From a virus (lineage: Duplodnaviria > Caudoviricetes), in IMG/VR virus record IMGVR_UViG_3300027759_000043: 64,000 nucleotides of DNA; one strand, written 5' to 3'. Both the position numbers and the translations under genes were made by a program. This document shows positions 25,424 to 35,084 of the stretch, one piece after another (position 1 is the stretch's first letter; every line of letters starts with the position of its first letter). The notes beneath the pieces are model-generated. The model did not search any database and had not been told where the DNA came from. It saw nothing but the letters and a program-made list of their open reading frames with translations.

Positions 25424-26545
25424 ATGTCCGCCGTACCATATACTTTTGCAAACGATACTGGCAATATTGCCCTAAGTCAACTTGACGTCAATTTTGCCAA
25501 CGTCAAAGCCCAAGCCGATACTGCTGTTGTGGTAACGGCCTCTGCACAGCCTAATATTAGCAGTGTAGGCACGTTGAGCAGTTTAAGTGTGACTGGCAAT
25601 ATTACTACTGCTAGTTATTTCAAAGGTAATGGATCAGCACTAACTGGAATTGTGGTGTCTGGTGCCAATGCCGCGCAATTGGTTGGTAGCACATTGAGTT
25701 CAAACGTAGTTAATAGCAGTTTGACCTCTGTGGGTATTTTAACTGGATTGAATGTTGATGGAACAATTTCATCAACTGGGACAATCACTGGTGCCTACAT
25801 TGTGGGCAGTGGGGTAGGATTAACTGCAATTCCGGCTGCTAACATCTCTGGAACTGTGGCCAATGCCACTTATGCTACTTCAGCAGGTAGTGCTACATTT
25901 GCAACAACCGCCACCAGTGCAACAACTGCCACTCAAGCCACCTATGCCACCACAGCCAATTCTGTTGCTGGCGCTAATGTTTCAGGCACAGTGGCCAATG
26001 CAACTTATGCTATAACTTCAGGGTTTACCACTTCCGCTGATAGTTCTGTTACTGCGGCCTTTGTTACATCAAATGCTCAGAGTAATATCACCAGTGTTGG
26101 TACATTAACTTCATTGAGTGTTACCGGCAACATCACTGGTGCATATGTTAGAGGCAACGGTTCTGCACTGACAAACTTAGTTGGTGCCAATGTCACAGGT
26201 ACTGTGGCCAGCGCAACAACTGCCACAGTGGCTGGAACTGTGACTACAAATGCTCAGGCCAACATCACCAGTGTTGGCACACTGACTTCATTGACTGTCA
26301 CTGGCAATGCCACAAGCGGCAATTTGCTAACTGGTGGGTTAGTAAGTGCCACTGGCAACGTAACTGGCGGAAATATACGCACTGCTGGCGTGGTTAGTGC
26401 AACTGGTAATATTATTGGCGGCAATTTAGTTGTTGGCAGCAATGTTGCCATGCTGAGTAATGTGGCTCGCTACACCTGGGTATCCAATGCGGCACCGTCT
26501 GCTGGTCAAGGCAACATCGGCGATATCTGGTATCAGACTGTCTAA
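25424..26545 (+). CDS. Tail-fibre-like repeat protein
   Basis: TAAATA at 25391; repeated NITSVGTLTSL.VTGN units. Confidence 0.75.
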   Translation: MSAVPYTFANDTGNIALSQLDVNFANVKAQADTAVVVTASAQPNISSVGTLSSLSVTGNITTASYFKGNGSALTGIVVSGANAAQLVGSTLSSNVVNSSLTSVGILTGLNVDGTISSTGTITGAYIVGSGVGLTAIPAANISGTVANATYATSAGSATFATTATSATTATQATYATTANSVAGANVSGTVANATYAITSGFTTSADSSVTAAFVTSNAQSNITSVGTLTSLSVTGNITGAYVRGNGSALTNLVGANVTGTVASATTATVAGTVTTNAQANITSVGTLTSLTVTGNATSGNLLTGGLVSATGNVTGGNIRTAGVVSATGNIIGGNLVVGSNVAMLSNVARYTWVSNAAPSAGQGNIGDIWYQTV

Positions 26546-28185
26546 TGGAAACTAAAGAATATATTGTTGCGTTAAACAAAGGAGTTGACTATGATCAATT
26601 CTGGGCCGACATCGAAAATCCCACCACTGGACTAGCACATATTCCAGATCGCTCAGTGGGAATTGCAGATAATCTAGATGCACTAGATAGAGTGACTCAT
26701 TATTTCTTGACTGCAGAAGAAGCAGAAAAGTTGCGCAATGATCCTAGAGTTCTAGGTGTTGAAATACCAGCAGAGCATAGGGATGATATTGTAATCTCTT
26801 TGAATACAGTACAAATTGGAAATTTTACAAAAACAAACAGCAGTACAGGAAATATTTTAAACTGGGGATTAATCAGAAATAGTAATCCTACTAACGTGTA
26901 CGGGTCAAGTACTACAACAACAGAAAATTATAACTATGTGCTAAATGGAAACAATGTAGACATAGTTATCATTGATAGTGGCATACAAATAAACCATCCT
27001 GAGTTTGGTAATAGAGTAAATGCTTACCAGTGGACTAACGCAGTTAACACCACAACATTTTACACAGACTATAATGGTCACGGAACCCACGTTGCTGGCA
27101 TTGCCGCAGGTAATACTTATGGTTGGGCTAAAAATTCTAACATATACGCAATAAAGTTTGTTGACCCAGGTGCGACCGATCCTGATAAAGGATTCTCTAA
27201 TCAAACGTTTGGCTATGTAGCAAATCTTTTAGTAAGTTGGCAGAATTCAAAACCTGTAAATCCTGTTACTGGTGTAAAAAATCCCACAGTGGTTAATATG
27301 AGTTTTGGGTATGGTATTAGTACTAGTACATATTATGTTGCAAATGTGACTTACAGGGGTAATACATATTCGAGCCCGGCTGTGCCTAATAGTACATACG
27401 GACTGTATTTTTATCAAGGTATATATCCATATAGAGATCCAACATATGATGTTTATGTAGATCAAATGACAGCCGCCGGTATGACGGTTTGCAAGGCCGC
27501 CGGTAACGACGGATTAAAAATTGATGTACCAGGAGGCGTTGATTACAATAATACTATCCAATTAAAATATATTGCAAATAATGTGTCTGTTGGATCATAT
27601 TACTATATGCAAGGTTCATCACCAATGAGTAATACTGCTATCATAGTCGGAGCATTGGATTCTACTACATATAGTTCTACCCTTGACAAGAAAGCATATT
27701 ATTCTGATGCTGGTCCAATGGTAGATATTTTTGCCGCAGGTTCAAATATACAAAGTGCATGGTCTAGTAATAGTGCCACCGCTGGGTCAACGTATTATGC
27801 AAATGCTTCATTTAAACAATACAACCAACCAGGTACCTCAATGGCCAGCCCTCAGATTGCAGGCTCTGCGGCATTGTACTTGCAAGCACATCCTACTGCC
27901 ACTCCTGCACAAGTAAAAACAGCATTATTAAATAACGAAACTACTACAATGATAGGAAATATTGCTACCAATCCTTCAGGAAATGATTATGGTAACACAG
28001 TATCCCAGTGGGGCGGAAATGCTGGAGTAGCGTATCAAGCGATACAAGGGCTGACCCAAATTAAAAGCAGTTCCGGAAATTGGCAGTCGTTACAAAATAT
28101 ACAGATAAAAACTGCCGCAAACACTTGGACCACAGTCGACCGAGTGTGGACTAAAACTGCAAGCGGTTGGCTACAAACGTACTAA
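26545..28185 (+). CDS. Subtilisin-like S8 serine protease, probably virion-associated
   Basis: Catalytic triad motifs IIDSGI, GHGTHVAG and GTSMASP; oxyanion AAGND. Confidence 0.92.
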   Translation: METKEYIVALNKGVDYDQFWADIENPTTGLAHIPDRSVGIADNLDALDRVTHYFLTAEEAEKLRNDPRVLGVEIPAEHRDDIVISLNTVQIGNFTKTNSSTGNILNWGLIRNSNPTNVYGSSTTTTENYNYVLNGNNVDIVIIDSGIQINHPEFGNRVNAYQWTNAVNTTTFYTDYNGHGTHVAGIAAGNTYGWAKNSNIYAIKFVDPGATDPDKGFSNQTFGYVANLLVSWQNSKPVNPVTGVKNPTVVNMSFGYGISTSTYYVANVTYRGNTYSSPAVPNSTYGLYFYQGIYPYRDPTYDVYVDQMTAAGMTVCKAAGNDGLKIDVPGGVDYNNTIQLKYIANNVSVGSYYYMQGSSPMSNTAIIVGALDSTTYSSTLDKKAYYSDAGPMVDIFAAGSNIQSAWSSNSATAGSTYYANASFKQYNQPGTSMASPQIAGSAALYLQAHPTATPAQVKTALLNNETTTMIGNIATNPSGNDYGNTVSQWGGNAGVAYQAIQGLTQIKSSSGNWQSLQNIQIKTAANTWTTVDRVWTKTASGWLQTY

Positions 28186-28212
28186 ATACACATATTATTC
28201 TAGGATACCAAA

Positions 28213-29103
28213 ATGACCAGCCAAATAAACCCAAACGATATCGACGGCGCTTACCCAGTTGCTGGGCAAGACAACAACAGCCAAGGATTTCGTGACAATT
28301 TTACCAACACCAGCACAAACTTTCAGTATGCGGCTGATGAAATTACTGACTTGCAAAACAAAGCAGTACTAAAAGCCGCCCTGACCGGGACCACCCTGGA
28401 CAACGACATGGACAGCCAGTTGTTGTACAATTTCCAGTCTCAGCAAGTTTCTGGTACTCTCAATAATTTTGCCACCACAAGCGGCTCAGTTTCTTTGAAC
28501 TGGACCCTTGGATCATATGCAACGTTGACCACATCAGGTTCTATTGTCCTGGGATTTTCTAACTTCCCTGCTTCAGGCGTGAGCGCATCGATTGTGTTGC
28601 AGATCACAGTTGCCAGCACCGCACACACATTGCAATTGCCCACTGCGGTCACAATTGGTACTGCCAATCTGCAGGGATATGTGCCCAGCACAAGAACAAT
28701 CACATTCAACAAGACCGGTACTTACACATTTGAATTCTCGACTGTGGATGGCGGTACTTCGGTTACTGTTATTGATCTAAACCGCAATCAAGATCCAATC
28801 TATTTGCCCAGTTCAGAAGACCTGGCTGCCAGCGCCGGTGCCAATTTGGCTGTGACAACCAGTTACTTTTCTACTTCCTCGGCAGAAACTGCCACCTTGG
28901 CCGCTGGCGCAACAGGACAAATCAAAGTGTTCAGTGCAGTAGATGTCACTGCCGGTGACATGGTTATTACTGTATCAAATGCAGGCTGGAAAGCATCAGG
29001 AACCGGATCCATTACATTTAATGCACGTGGTGAAAGTTGTACTCTACAATATACCAATTCCAAATGGTTCTGTATCGGCAACAATGGTTGTACATTTGCC
29101 TGA
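28213..29103 (+). CDS. Virion structural protein
   Basis: TAAATA at 28183; N-terminal YPVAGQDNNSQGFRDNF; beta-rich. Confidence 0.75.
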   Translation: MTSQINPNDIDGAYPVAGQDNNSQGFRDNFTNTSTNFQYAADEITDLQNKAVLKAALTGTTLDNDMDSQLLYNFQSQQVSGTLNNFATTSGSVSLNWTLGSYATLTTSGSIVLGFSNFPASGVSASIVLQITVASTAHTLQLPTAVTIGTANLQGYVPSTRTITFNKTGTYTFEFSTVDGGTSVTVIDLNRNQDPIYLPSSEDLAASAGANLAVTTSYFSTSSAETATLAAGATGQIKVFSAVDVTAGDMVITVSNAGWKASGTGSITFNARGESCTLQYTNSKWFCIGNNGCTFA

Positions 29104-29109
29104 TGGGTA

Positions 29110-29138
29110 TTGACAACGCCTTGTAATTCCTGTATACT
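29110..29138 (+). promoter_or_regulatory. Sigma70-type promoter
   Basis: TTGACA-17-TATACT. Confidence 0.85.
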
Positions 29139-29156
29139 CTACACACAAGGAGTAAC

Positions 29157-29393
29157 ATGGAACATCCGTTTATAAATGATCTAGATGGCTTGACCCTGGA
29201 ACAACTGGGGTCAAAAATTTCCGAACTCAACAAGAAATTGGGCATTGCCATGCGCTCAGGCAATCCTTATCTTTGCGACCAAATCCGTATGGCCATTGAC
29301 AGTTACTATAGCAAGCAACAAGAAAAGATGGCTGAACTTTACCGACCCAAAGACGGCGAAGATCCTTTTAATTCCAAGATTGATATATCATGA
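29157..29393 (+). CDS. Hypothetical protein
   Basis: AAGGAG RBS. Confidence 0.8.
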   Translation: MEHPFINDLDGLTLEQLGSKISELNKKLGIAMRSGNPYLCDQIRMAIDSYYSKQQEKMAELYRPKDGEDPFNSKIDIS

Positions 29394-29995
29394 ATGTAAG
29401 ATTAGAATATGACATGCACTGGCGAGCAGCCATTTGGTTTGAGAACTGCCTGCAGGTCAACAGTTACAACATTGAACTGGCCATCACAACCAACACCAAT
29501 AATTCCGATGACCATGTGGTGAGTTTGAATAGACTTAATCATTTTGTCTACAACGAAATGGCCAATACAGTGTACATACATCAAAACGATGTCACACAGA
29601 TTCAGGCACTCACAGCGGCTGGGATCAAAGTAACCACTCTACCCGAAGAGCCTATTGACCAGATCATAGGTATTGCGTTATACTGCAAACTCAATGCTAT
29701 CTTGCAGGAAAGAATGTTTGTGAACGGGGTGACCATACAGAGTGATCTTGGGGACAATGTACGATATCTACACAACGATCATGAAAGTACAGGACCACTT
29801 GGCCAAATTGGTTGGTGGCAAGACTCTACACCCGTACATTCAGACTTCAAATCCTCTGCCAGTAAAAAACACGTGGTCCGACTCAACAGAACCATGTCAT
29901 GGCAGGATCTTGAAATGGAATGGTCTGATGTGGAACCTACAGACAATACTGGTAACACCGTGGTATTTGCAAAGTTTGGACCTGATGAAAACTGA
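29390..29995 (+). CDS. Conserved hypothetical protein
   Basis: ATGA coupling; 201 aa. Confidence 0.75.
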   Translation: MNVRLEYDMHWRAAIWFENCLQVNSYNIELAITTNTNNSDDHVVSLNRLNHFVYNEMANTVYIHQNDVTQIQALTAAGIKVTTLPEEPIDQIIGIALYCKLNAILQERMFVNGVTIQSDLGDNVRYLHNDHESTGPLGQIGWWQDSTPVHSDFKSSASKKHVVRLNRTMSWQDLEMEWSDVEPTDNTGNTVVFAKFGPDEN

Positions 29996-30494
29996 TAGTG
30001 TGGGGCAAGTTGTACTGGGCGAGCAGGACTTGATCAACTTGGTCATGCAAGGGCGTGACCTTGAAAGTGTGGGCGGCACCTTGGTAGACGATTCAGTAGA
30101 CATAGAAGCCGCAGCCTTTTGGTTGGAACATGTGCCCGATTTTACGCACTGGACTGAACCTGATGCTCAAGCAGTATTTGATCACATGCAACAAAGCACA
30201 TGGCACATGCCTGAAGAATACAAGGAACTAGACATTGCTGAACATGTGCTAAAACTTTGTGCCACCGAAGCCCAACTACAACGCTGTGGTTCAGAATTAT
30301 TGCTGTATCAAGAACGTGGCCTGTTTGATTTGTTGCGTTATCTAAAATATCTGGTGGATGTCATGCGTGACAATCATGTGATATGGGGTGTGGGTCGAGG
30401 ATCCAGTGTGGCCAGTTATGTGTTATACCTGTTGGGTGTACATAGAATTGACAGCCTGTACTACGAATTAGATCCTGCAGAGTTCCTGCGTTAA
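29985..30494 (+). CDS. Stand-alone DNA polymerase III alpha (DnaE) fragment
   Basis: WGVGRGSSVASYVLYLLGVHRIDSLYYELDPAEFLR matches DnaE GPGRGSAAGSLVAY.LGIT.IDP...L.FERFL. Confidence 0.8.
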   Translation: MKTDSVGQVVLGEQDLINLVMQGRDLESVGGTLVDDSVDIEAAAFWLEHVPDFTHWTEPDAQAVFDHMQQSTWHMPEEYKELDIAEHVLKLCATEAQLQRCGSELLLYQERGLFDLLRYLKYLVDVMRDNHVIWGVGRGSSVASYVLYLLGVHRIDSLYYELDPAEFLR

Positions 30495-30516
30495 ATAGAG
30501 TTCAAGGAGAAAAACA

Positions 30517-30918
30517 ATGACACAAAAAACTTATCGAACTGCACAAGGCAAAGTTGTTGATCTAGGCGCCATGATGGTGCAAAACGAAACTGTTCGTGCT
30601 GTGGGCAACATGAGTGCAAATGCTCGTGGTGACATAATTGACAATCAAGGTCGTGTGCTGGCCACACGTGGTGAACAAGTAAATCGAAATCTCAACCGCC
30701 AGACCAATGCTAATTCAGGACCTATTCCCACCAGCAATCGTGTGCCCGAAACACCTAAACTAAGCCAAGCAGAACAATTGGAACTGGACCGAAAACAACG
30801 ACAAGCCAAACGCGAAGCCGTGGCACGTGGTGAAAAAGTAGAACTCAAGGGCGATGCTCCCACTCAGGGACTTGCGGCTGCCATGGCTCGCGCAGAAAAA
30901 CTCAAGGATCAAGAATGA
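30517..30918 (+). CDS. Conserved hypothetical late protein
   Basis: TAAATA at 30492; AAGGAG RBS. Confidence 0.8.
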   Translation: MTQKTYRTAQGKVVDLGAMMVQNETVRAVGNMSANARGDIIDNQGRVLATRGEQVNRNLNRQTNANSGPIPTSNRVPETPKLSQAEQLELDRKQRQAKREAVARGEKVELKGDAPTQGLAAAMARAEKLKDQE

Positions 30919-31316
30919 CAAAATTAGCATATCAAGCACATCAACTACGAAGAGAACAACTCAAGCCCCTAAACGATTCAGTAATTGTAGGAGAAATGGT
31001 ATTTGACCAACGCTTTACCACAGGCGGTATTGTGTTACTCAACGACAACGGCAAGAGTACAGGCATTCGCCCACGTTGGGGTCAAGTGTATGCTGTAGGC
31101 CCTGAACAACATGATGTACGGGTAGGCGAGTGGGTGTGCGTTGCACATGGTCGTTGGACTCGTGGTATTGACATTGAAGACGAAAACGGCAAGCAAACAC
31201 TACGTCGAGTTGATCCCAAAGACATTCTAATACAAACCGATGAACAACCCAACGATGAAACTTTTAGCACAGCCATTCACGTGGAAGCCAAACCAGACTG
31301 GATGCAACACAACTAA
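30915..31316 (+). CDS. groES: GroES-like co-chaperonin
   Basis: LKPLNDSVIV...TTGGIVL...GQVYAVGPE...VRVGEWV. Confidence 0.85.
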   Translation: MTKLAYQAHQLRREQLKPLNDSVIVGEMVFDQRFTTGGIVLLNDNGKSTGIRPRWGQVYAVGPEQHDVRVGEWVCVAHGRWTRGIDIEDENGKQTLRRVDPKDILIQTDEQPNDETFSTAIHVEAKPDWMQHN

Positions 31317-31317
31317 C

Positions 31318-32991
31318 ATGACCGTTGATCAATGCCTAGACGACCTGCGTAAAAAATTTAACGTACTCGACGTTGTATGGTGCGATCAGTGGAATTCAAA
31401 TGTTGACGCTTTGTTGCAAATACAGTCTTTGCACAGAGATGTTTTTGAGAATGATCAGCGAGTGGTTTTTGTTATCACAAAAGACTCTTCTACTTCAACA
31501 ATTCCTGGGCAAACTTTACAAAACTTGCAAACCATGATCAATGATGTGGATATAAGCAATTTTTTTATCTGCCTTGTCAGTACTAATCCTGATTTAAACC
31601 AACATTATAAAACTGTTTTTGAAAATATCAGCCGAGATACAGTGCCATTCCATGTTTATCAATGCCAAGGAAACTATCACACAGTTAAAGATACCTACTT
31701 AGAAGTCTTTAACAAATATAACAGTGTAAAAAACATAGCACACAGTGTCACACACTTGAACAAACAACACAAAGAGTTACTGTTTCATAACAAAACTTTT
31801 TGCATGTTGCCATGGACGGGCATCAATGTAGAACCCAACAATCGTGTGCGTCCTTGTTGCGCATTTCAACAATCTTTAGGTGATAGTTCTGCTCATTCTC
31901 TTGAAACTATATGGAACTCATCTTCATGGAAACAGATAAGAACAAAAATGCTGGCAGGCCAGCGTGTGGCAGCCTGCGATAACTGCTATCAAAAAGAAGC
32001 CATGGGCAGGGACACCCTAAGACTCACAGTCAATCGATTACTAGTCGATCAAATTGGCGTAGTAGATCTTACTAAAGATGACGGACACCTTGACCAATTT
32101 CATCTCAATTATTGGGACATCAGATACAACAATCTTTGCAATCTTGCCTGTCGTAGTTGCAATCCTGAGGCATCATCATCTTGGCATCGACCTGCGGTAA
32201 GTTTAGGAATGATAGATGCTGATCAGCCGCCGATGCTAGTGGCAGGTCGAGACAACAATGATATATTTCAACAAATCATCCAGCACATAGATCATGTAAA
32301 ACAGATATACTTTGCCGGCGGCGAACCCTCGATGATTGATAAATTCTATGACATACTGGAATTGCTAGACGCACACGGTCGTAATGATGTGCGCTTGTGC
32401 TACAATATCAATATGTCAAGATTGTCACTCAAAAAGAAATCTTTGCTAAATCTCTGGCAACGCTTTCCCAATGTCAGTATTGGTGCTAGCCTTGATGGTG
32501 AATATCAACGTGGTGAGTATCTAAGGCAAGGTTTAGTATGGAATGATGTAGTTGATAATCGCCGCATGATGCAGGATTTATGTCCGCATATTGATTTTTA
32601 CGTGACTGCCACTGTTAGTATTTTAAATGTACTACACCTGCCAGACTTTCACCAATCATGGGTTGAACAAAAACTGATAGGGCCAGAGGATTTTAATATA
32701 CAAATGTTGTTTAATCCAATGCATCTTCGAGTAGATCATAGCCCCGATAGTATGAAAGACAAAATTAGGCAAGCATATACCAAACACCTGGACTGGTTGA
32801 TACCAAAAGATTCATTGGGACGGGCTACCTATGGATTTCGTAGTGTGATGCACTATATTGAAAATAATCACGAATTTGACAGTGTTGATTTTTGGCATAA
32901 AATTCAGCAACTGGATCAATTTCATAACACTGATATGATGCATTGTTTTCCTGAATTGAGTTTTTTACAAGATAATAAGCAACCTATATGA
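31318..32991 (+). CDS. Radical SAM protein with twitch/SPASM domain and N-terminal extension
   Basis: NLCNLACRSC, YFAGGEP and ASLDG motifs; FCMLPW...RPCC...CDNCY. Confidence 0.9.
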   Translation: MTVDQCLDDLRKKFNVLDVVWCDQWNSNVDALLQIQSLHRDVFENDQRVVFVITKDSSTSTIPGQTLQNLQTMINDVDISNFFICLVSTNPDLNQHYKTVFENISRDTVPFHVYQCQGNYHTVKDTYLEVFNKYNSVKNIAHSVTHLNKQHKELLFHNKTFCMLPWTGINVEPNNRVRPCCAFQQSLGDSSAHSLETIWNSSSWKQIRTKMLAGQRVAACDNCYQKEAMGRDTLRLTVNRLLVDQIGVVDLTKDDGHLDQFHLNYWDIRYNNLCNLACRSCNPEASSSWHRPAVSLGMIDADQPPMLVAGRDNNDIFQQIIQHIDHVKQIYFAGGEPSMIDKFYDILELLDAHGRNDVRLCYNINMSRLSLKKKSLLNLWQRFPNVSIGASLDGEYQRGEYLRQGLVWNDVVDNRRMMQDLCPHIDFYVTATVSILNVLHLPDFHQSWVEQKLIGPEDFNIQMLFNPMHLRVDHSPDSMKDKIRQAYTKHLDWLIPKDSLGRATYGFRSVMHYIENNHEFDSVDFWHKIQQLDQFHNTDMMHCFPELSFLQDNKQPI

Positions 32992-33221
32992 TAATAGACT
33001 GGAACGTTGACAAAGTCGTTGCCGAATGCCAAAAGATGTACCGCGGTGCCACGAATCCTTATGTGACGGGTTTTGTCAATTGGCCTTGCAAACAAGACTT
33101 GTATCGTGTAAAATTTGCTGTGGACGAGATGCTCAAGAACACCAGCGGATTTGCTGGTGAAGAGGAGTGGCTTGAACAACAGGAAAAAGACAAAATGTGG
33201 AAGGCATTAAATGGAAATTGA
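32988..33221 (+). CDS. Hypothetical protein
   Basis: ATGA coupling. Confidence 0.75.
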   Translation: MIIDWNVDKVVAECQKMYRGATNPYVTGFVNWPCKQDLYRVKFAVDEMLKNTSGFAGEEEWLEQQEKDKMWKALNGN

Positions 33222-33384
33222 AGTACAACCAAAAGACCCAAGTCGGGGACATTTTTATGTGAGCCTTGCTAAAAGTACATTGCGAATTGTAGCAGGAGTT
33301 TTTCTAATTGACGGAAACTTCTATGTAGCAGGTTCATTACTGATCCTAGCAGAAGGACTGGGCGTTATAGAGGAATTGGTATAA
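33211..33384 (+). CDS. Small membrane protein (57 aa)
   Basis: Read by hand: MEIEVQPKDPSRGHFYVSLAKSTLRIVAG...LAEGLGVIEELV*. Confidence 0.75.
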   Translation: MEIEVQPKDPSRGHFYVSLAKSTLRIVAGVFLIDGNFYVAGSLLILAEGLGVIEELV

Positions 33385-33385
33385 C

Positions 33386-33859
33386 ATGATTTTTAATCAT
33401 ATCAAACAACTCAAACAGGACGGAAAGAAAATTGGCATCACTTTCTCAACCTTTGACATGCTCCACGCGGGGCACATTGCCATGCTGAGTGAAGCCAAGA
33501 ATCACTGTGACTACCTGATCTGTGGGCTCCAGACAGACCCGACTATTGATAGACCTGAAACTAAAAATCGCCCTATACAAAGTATTGTGGAGCGACAAAT
33601 ACAGTTGGCCGCATGCCGTTATGTTGATGAAGTTGTTGTGTATCAAACCGAACAGGATCTTCGTGACCTACTGCTAATCTTACCGGTTGGTGTACGCATC
33701 CTGGGCATAGAATATCAAGACAAAGATTTCTCAGGTCGAGATGAATGTTATGATCGTGGTATTGAGATTGTGTTCAACGGCAGAGATCATTCATTCTCCA
33801 GTTCAAGTTTACGTAAAAGAGTAGTGGCAGCAGAAACAATAAAGGCATTGCAACAATGA
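33386..33859 (+). CDS. Glycerol-3-phosphate cytidylyltransferase-like (TagD family)
   Basis: TFDMLHAGH, LICGLQTD, ACRYVDEV, SSSSLR motifs. Confidence 0.88.
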   Translation: MIFNHIKQLKQDGKKIGITFSTFDMLHAGHIAMLSEAKNHCDYLICGLQTDPTIDRPETKNRPIQSIVERQIQLAACRYVDEVVVYQTEQDLRDLLLILPVGVRILGIEYQDKDFSGRDECYDRGIEIVFNGRDHSFSSSSLRKRVVAAETIKALQQ

Positions 33860-34779
33860 AAGAATTATGGGTAGAGAAATATCGTCCCAAGACCGTGGAC
33901 GGTTATGTGTTTGTAGACGACACACAACGTGAACAAGTGCAACAGTGGATTCGGGACGGATCAATTCCGCATTTAATGTTCTCAGGATCAGCAGGCACAG
34001 GCAAAACAACCTTGGCCAAGATGTTGATCAATGAACTGGGTGTAGATGAGTATGATGTGATGTATGCCAATGGTTCCAAGGAAGCACGTAAAGTTGAGTG
34101 GGTAGACAAACTGATCAGTTTCTGTCAAACCATGCCGTTTGGTACATTTAAGATTGTGCTGATTGACGAAGCAGACTACATGAATCCCAACTCAGTACAA
34201 CCTGCGCTTCGTAACTTGATGGAAGACTACAGTCAAACAGTACGGTTCATTCTTACTTGTAACTATCCCACAAAGATCATTCCACCCCTGCACTCACGCT
34301 GTCAAAAATTACAAATCAACAAAACTGATCATACAGAGTTCACTGCTCGTGCGGCAACTGTGCTGGTCACTGAGGGAGTGGAGTTTGATCTAGATGTGCT
34401 GGACACTTATGTCAAGGCAACGTATCCAGATCTGCGCAAGTGCCTGAACTTGTTGCAACCCAACAGCCAAACAGGTAGTCTGATCACACCTTCAGCCGCG
34501 GACAAGGGCATGGGTGACTGGCGCTTGGATTGTGTGGATTTGTTCAAACAAGGACGAGTTAGGGAAGCCCGAACACTCTTGTGTCAAAATGCCACACCAG
34601 AAGAAGCCAACGAAATATTTACTTGGATGTACGACAACTTGGACTTGTGGGGCCGGACCCCTGAACAACAGGATCAAGCCATTGTGATCATACGCAATGG
34701 TGTGGTCAATGTGCCACTGGTAGCAGATCAAGAAATCAATTTGAGTGCTACCTTAATTGAACTGGGACAAATCCAATGA
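33856..34779 (+). CDS. Clamp loader AAA+ subunit (T4 gp44/RFC-small-like)
   Basis: LWVEKYRPKT, GSAGTGKTT, IDEAD, SRC motifs. Confidence 0.92.
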   Translation: MKELWVEKYRPKTVDGYVFVDDTQREQVQQWIRDGSIPHLMFSGSAGTGKTTLAKMLINELGVDEYDVMYANGSKEARKVEWVDKLISFCQTMPFGTFKIVLIDEADYMNPNSVQPALRNLMEDYSQTVRFILTCNYPTKIIPPLHSRCQKLQINKTDHTEFTARAATVLVTEGVEFDLDVLDTYVKATYPDLRKCLNLLQPNSQTGSLITPSAADKGMGDWRLDCVDLFKQGRVREARTLLCQNATPEEANEIFTWMYDNLDLWGRTPEQQDQAIVIIRNGVVNVPLVADQEINLSATLIELGQIQ

Positions 34780-35084
34780 GATACTTACTAATCACCTATT
34801 ACAAAAAACCCAATGGCCAGATTGACGAAAGCACCGCGGTCAGCCGAAATCTAAAAAAGCGAGACATCCAGACTTGCAATGTTATACTTGACTTTCGAAC
34901 CCTCTCTGTAGTAAAATGTAGCATGGTAGGTACAGTGGTTCCAAGAGATTGGGACCGAATTGTCACCTACTACAATCAATATTACGAAAACATCATTGAA
35001 CGATTATTACAAGAGAACGGATACGAAATTGTCAAACCTGAATCTGAAAAAGAAACACAACCCCAATCAGTTGATCCTAGTTGA
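34776..35084 (+). CDS. Hypothetical protein
   Basis: ATGA coupling. Confidence 0.75.
   Translation: MRYLLITYYKKPNGQIDESTAVSRNLKKRDIQTCNVILDFRTLSVVKCSMVGTVVPRDWDRIVTYYNQYYENIIERLLQENGYEIVKPESEKETQPQSVDPS

Noticed and set aside
29985-30494. DnaE fragment as a pseudogene or split intein
   Set aside because: The ORF is clean and coupled with no frameshift remnant downstream, and no intein terminal residues are present. It is kept as a putative split subunit instead.
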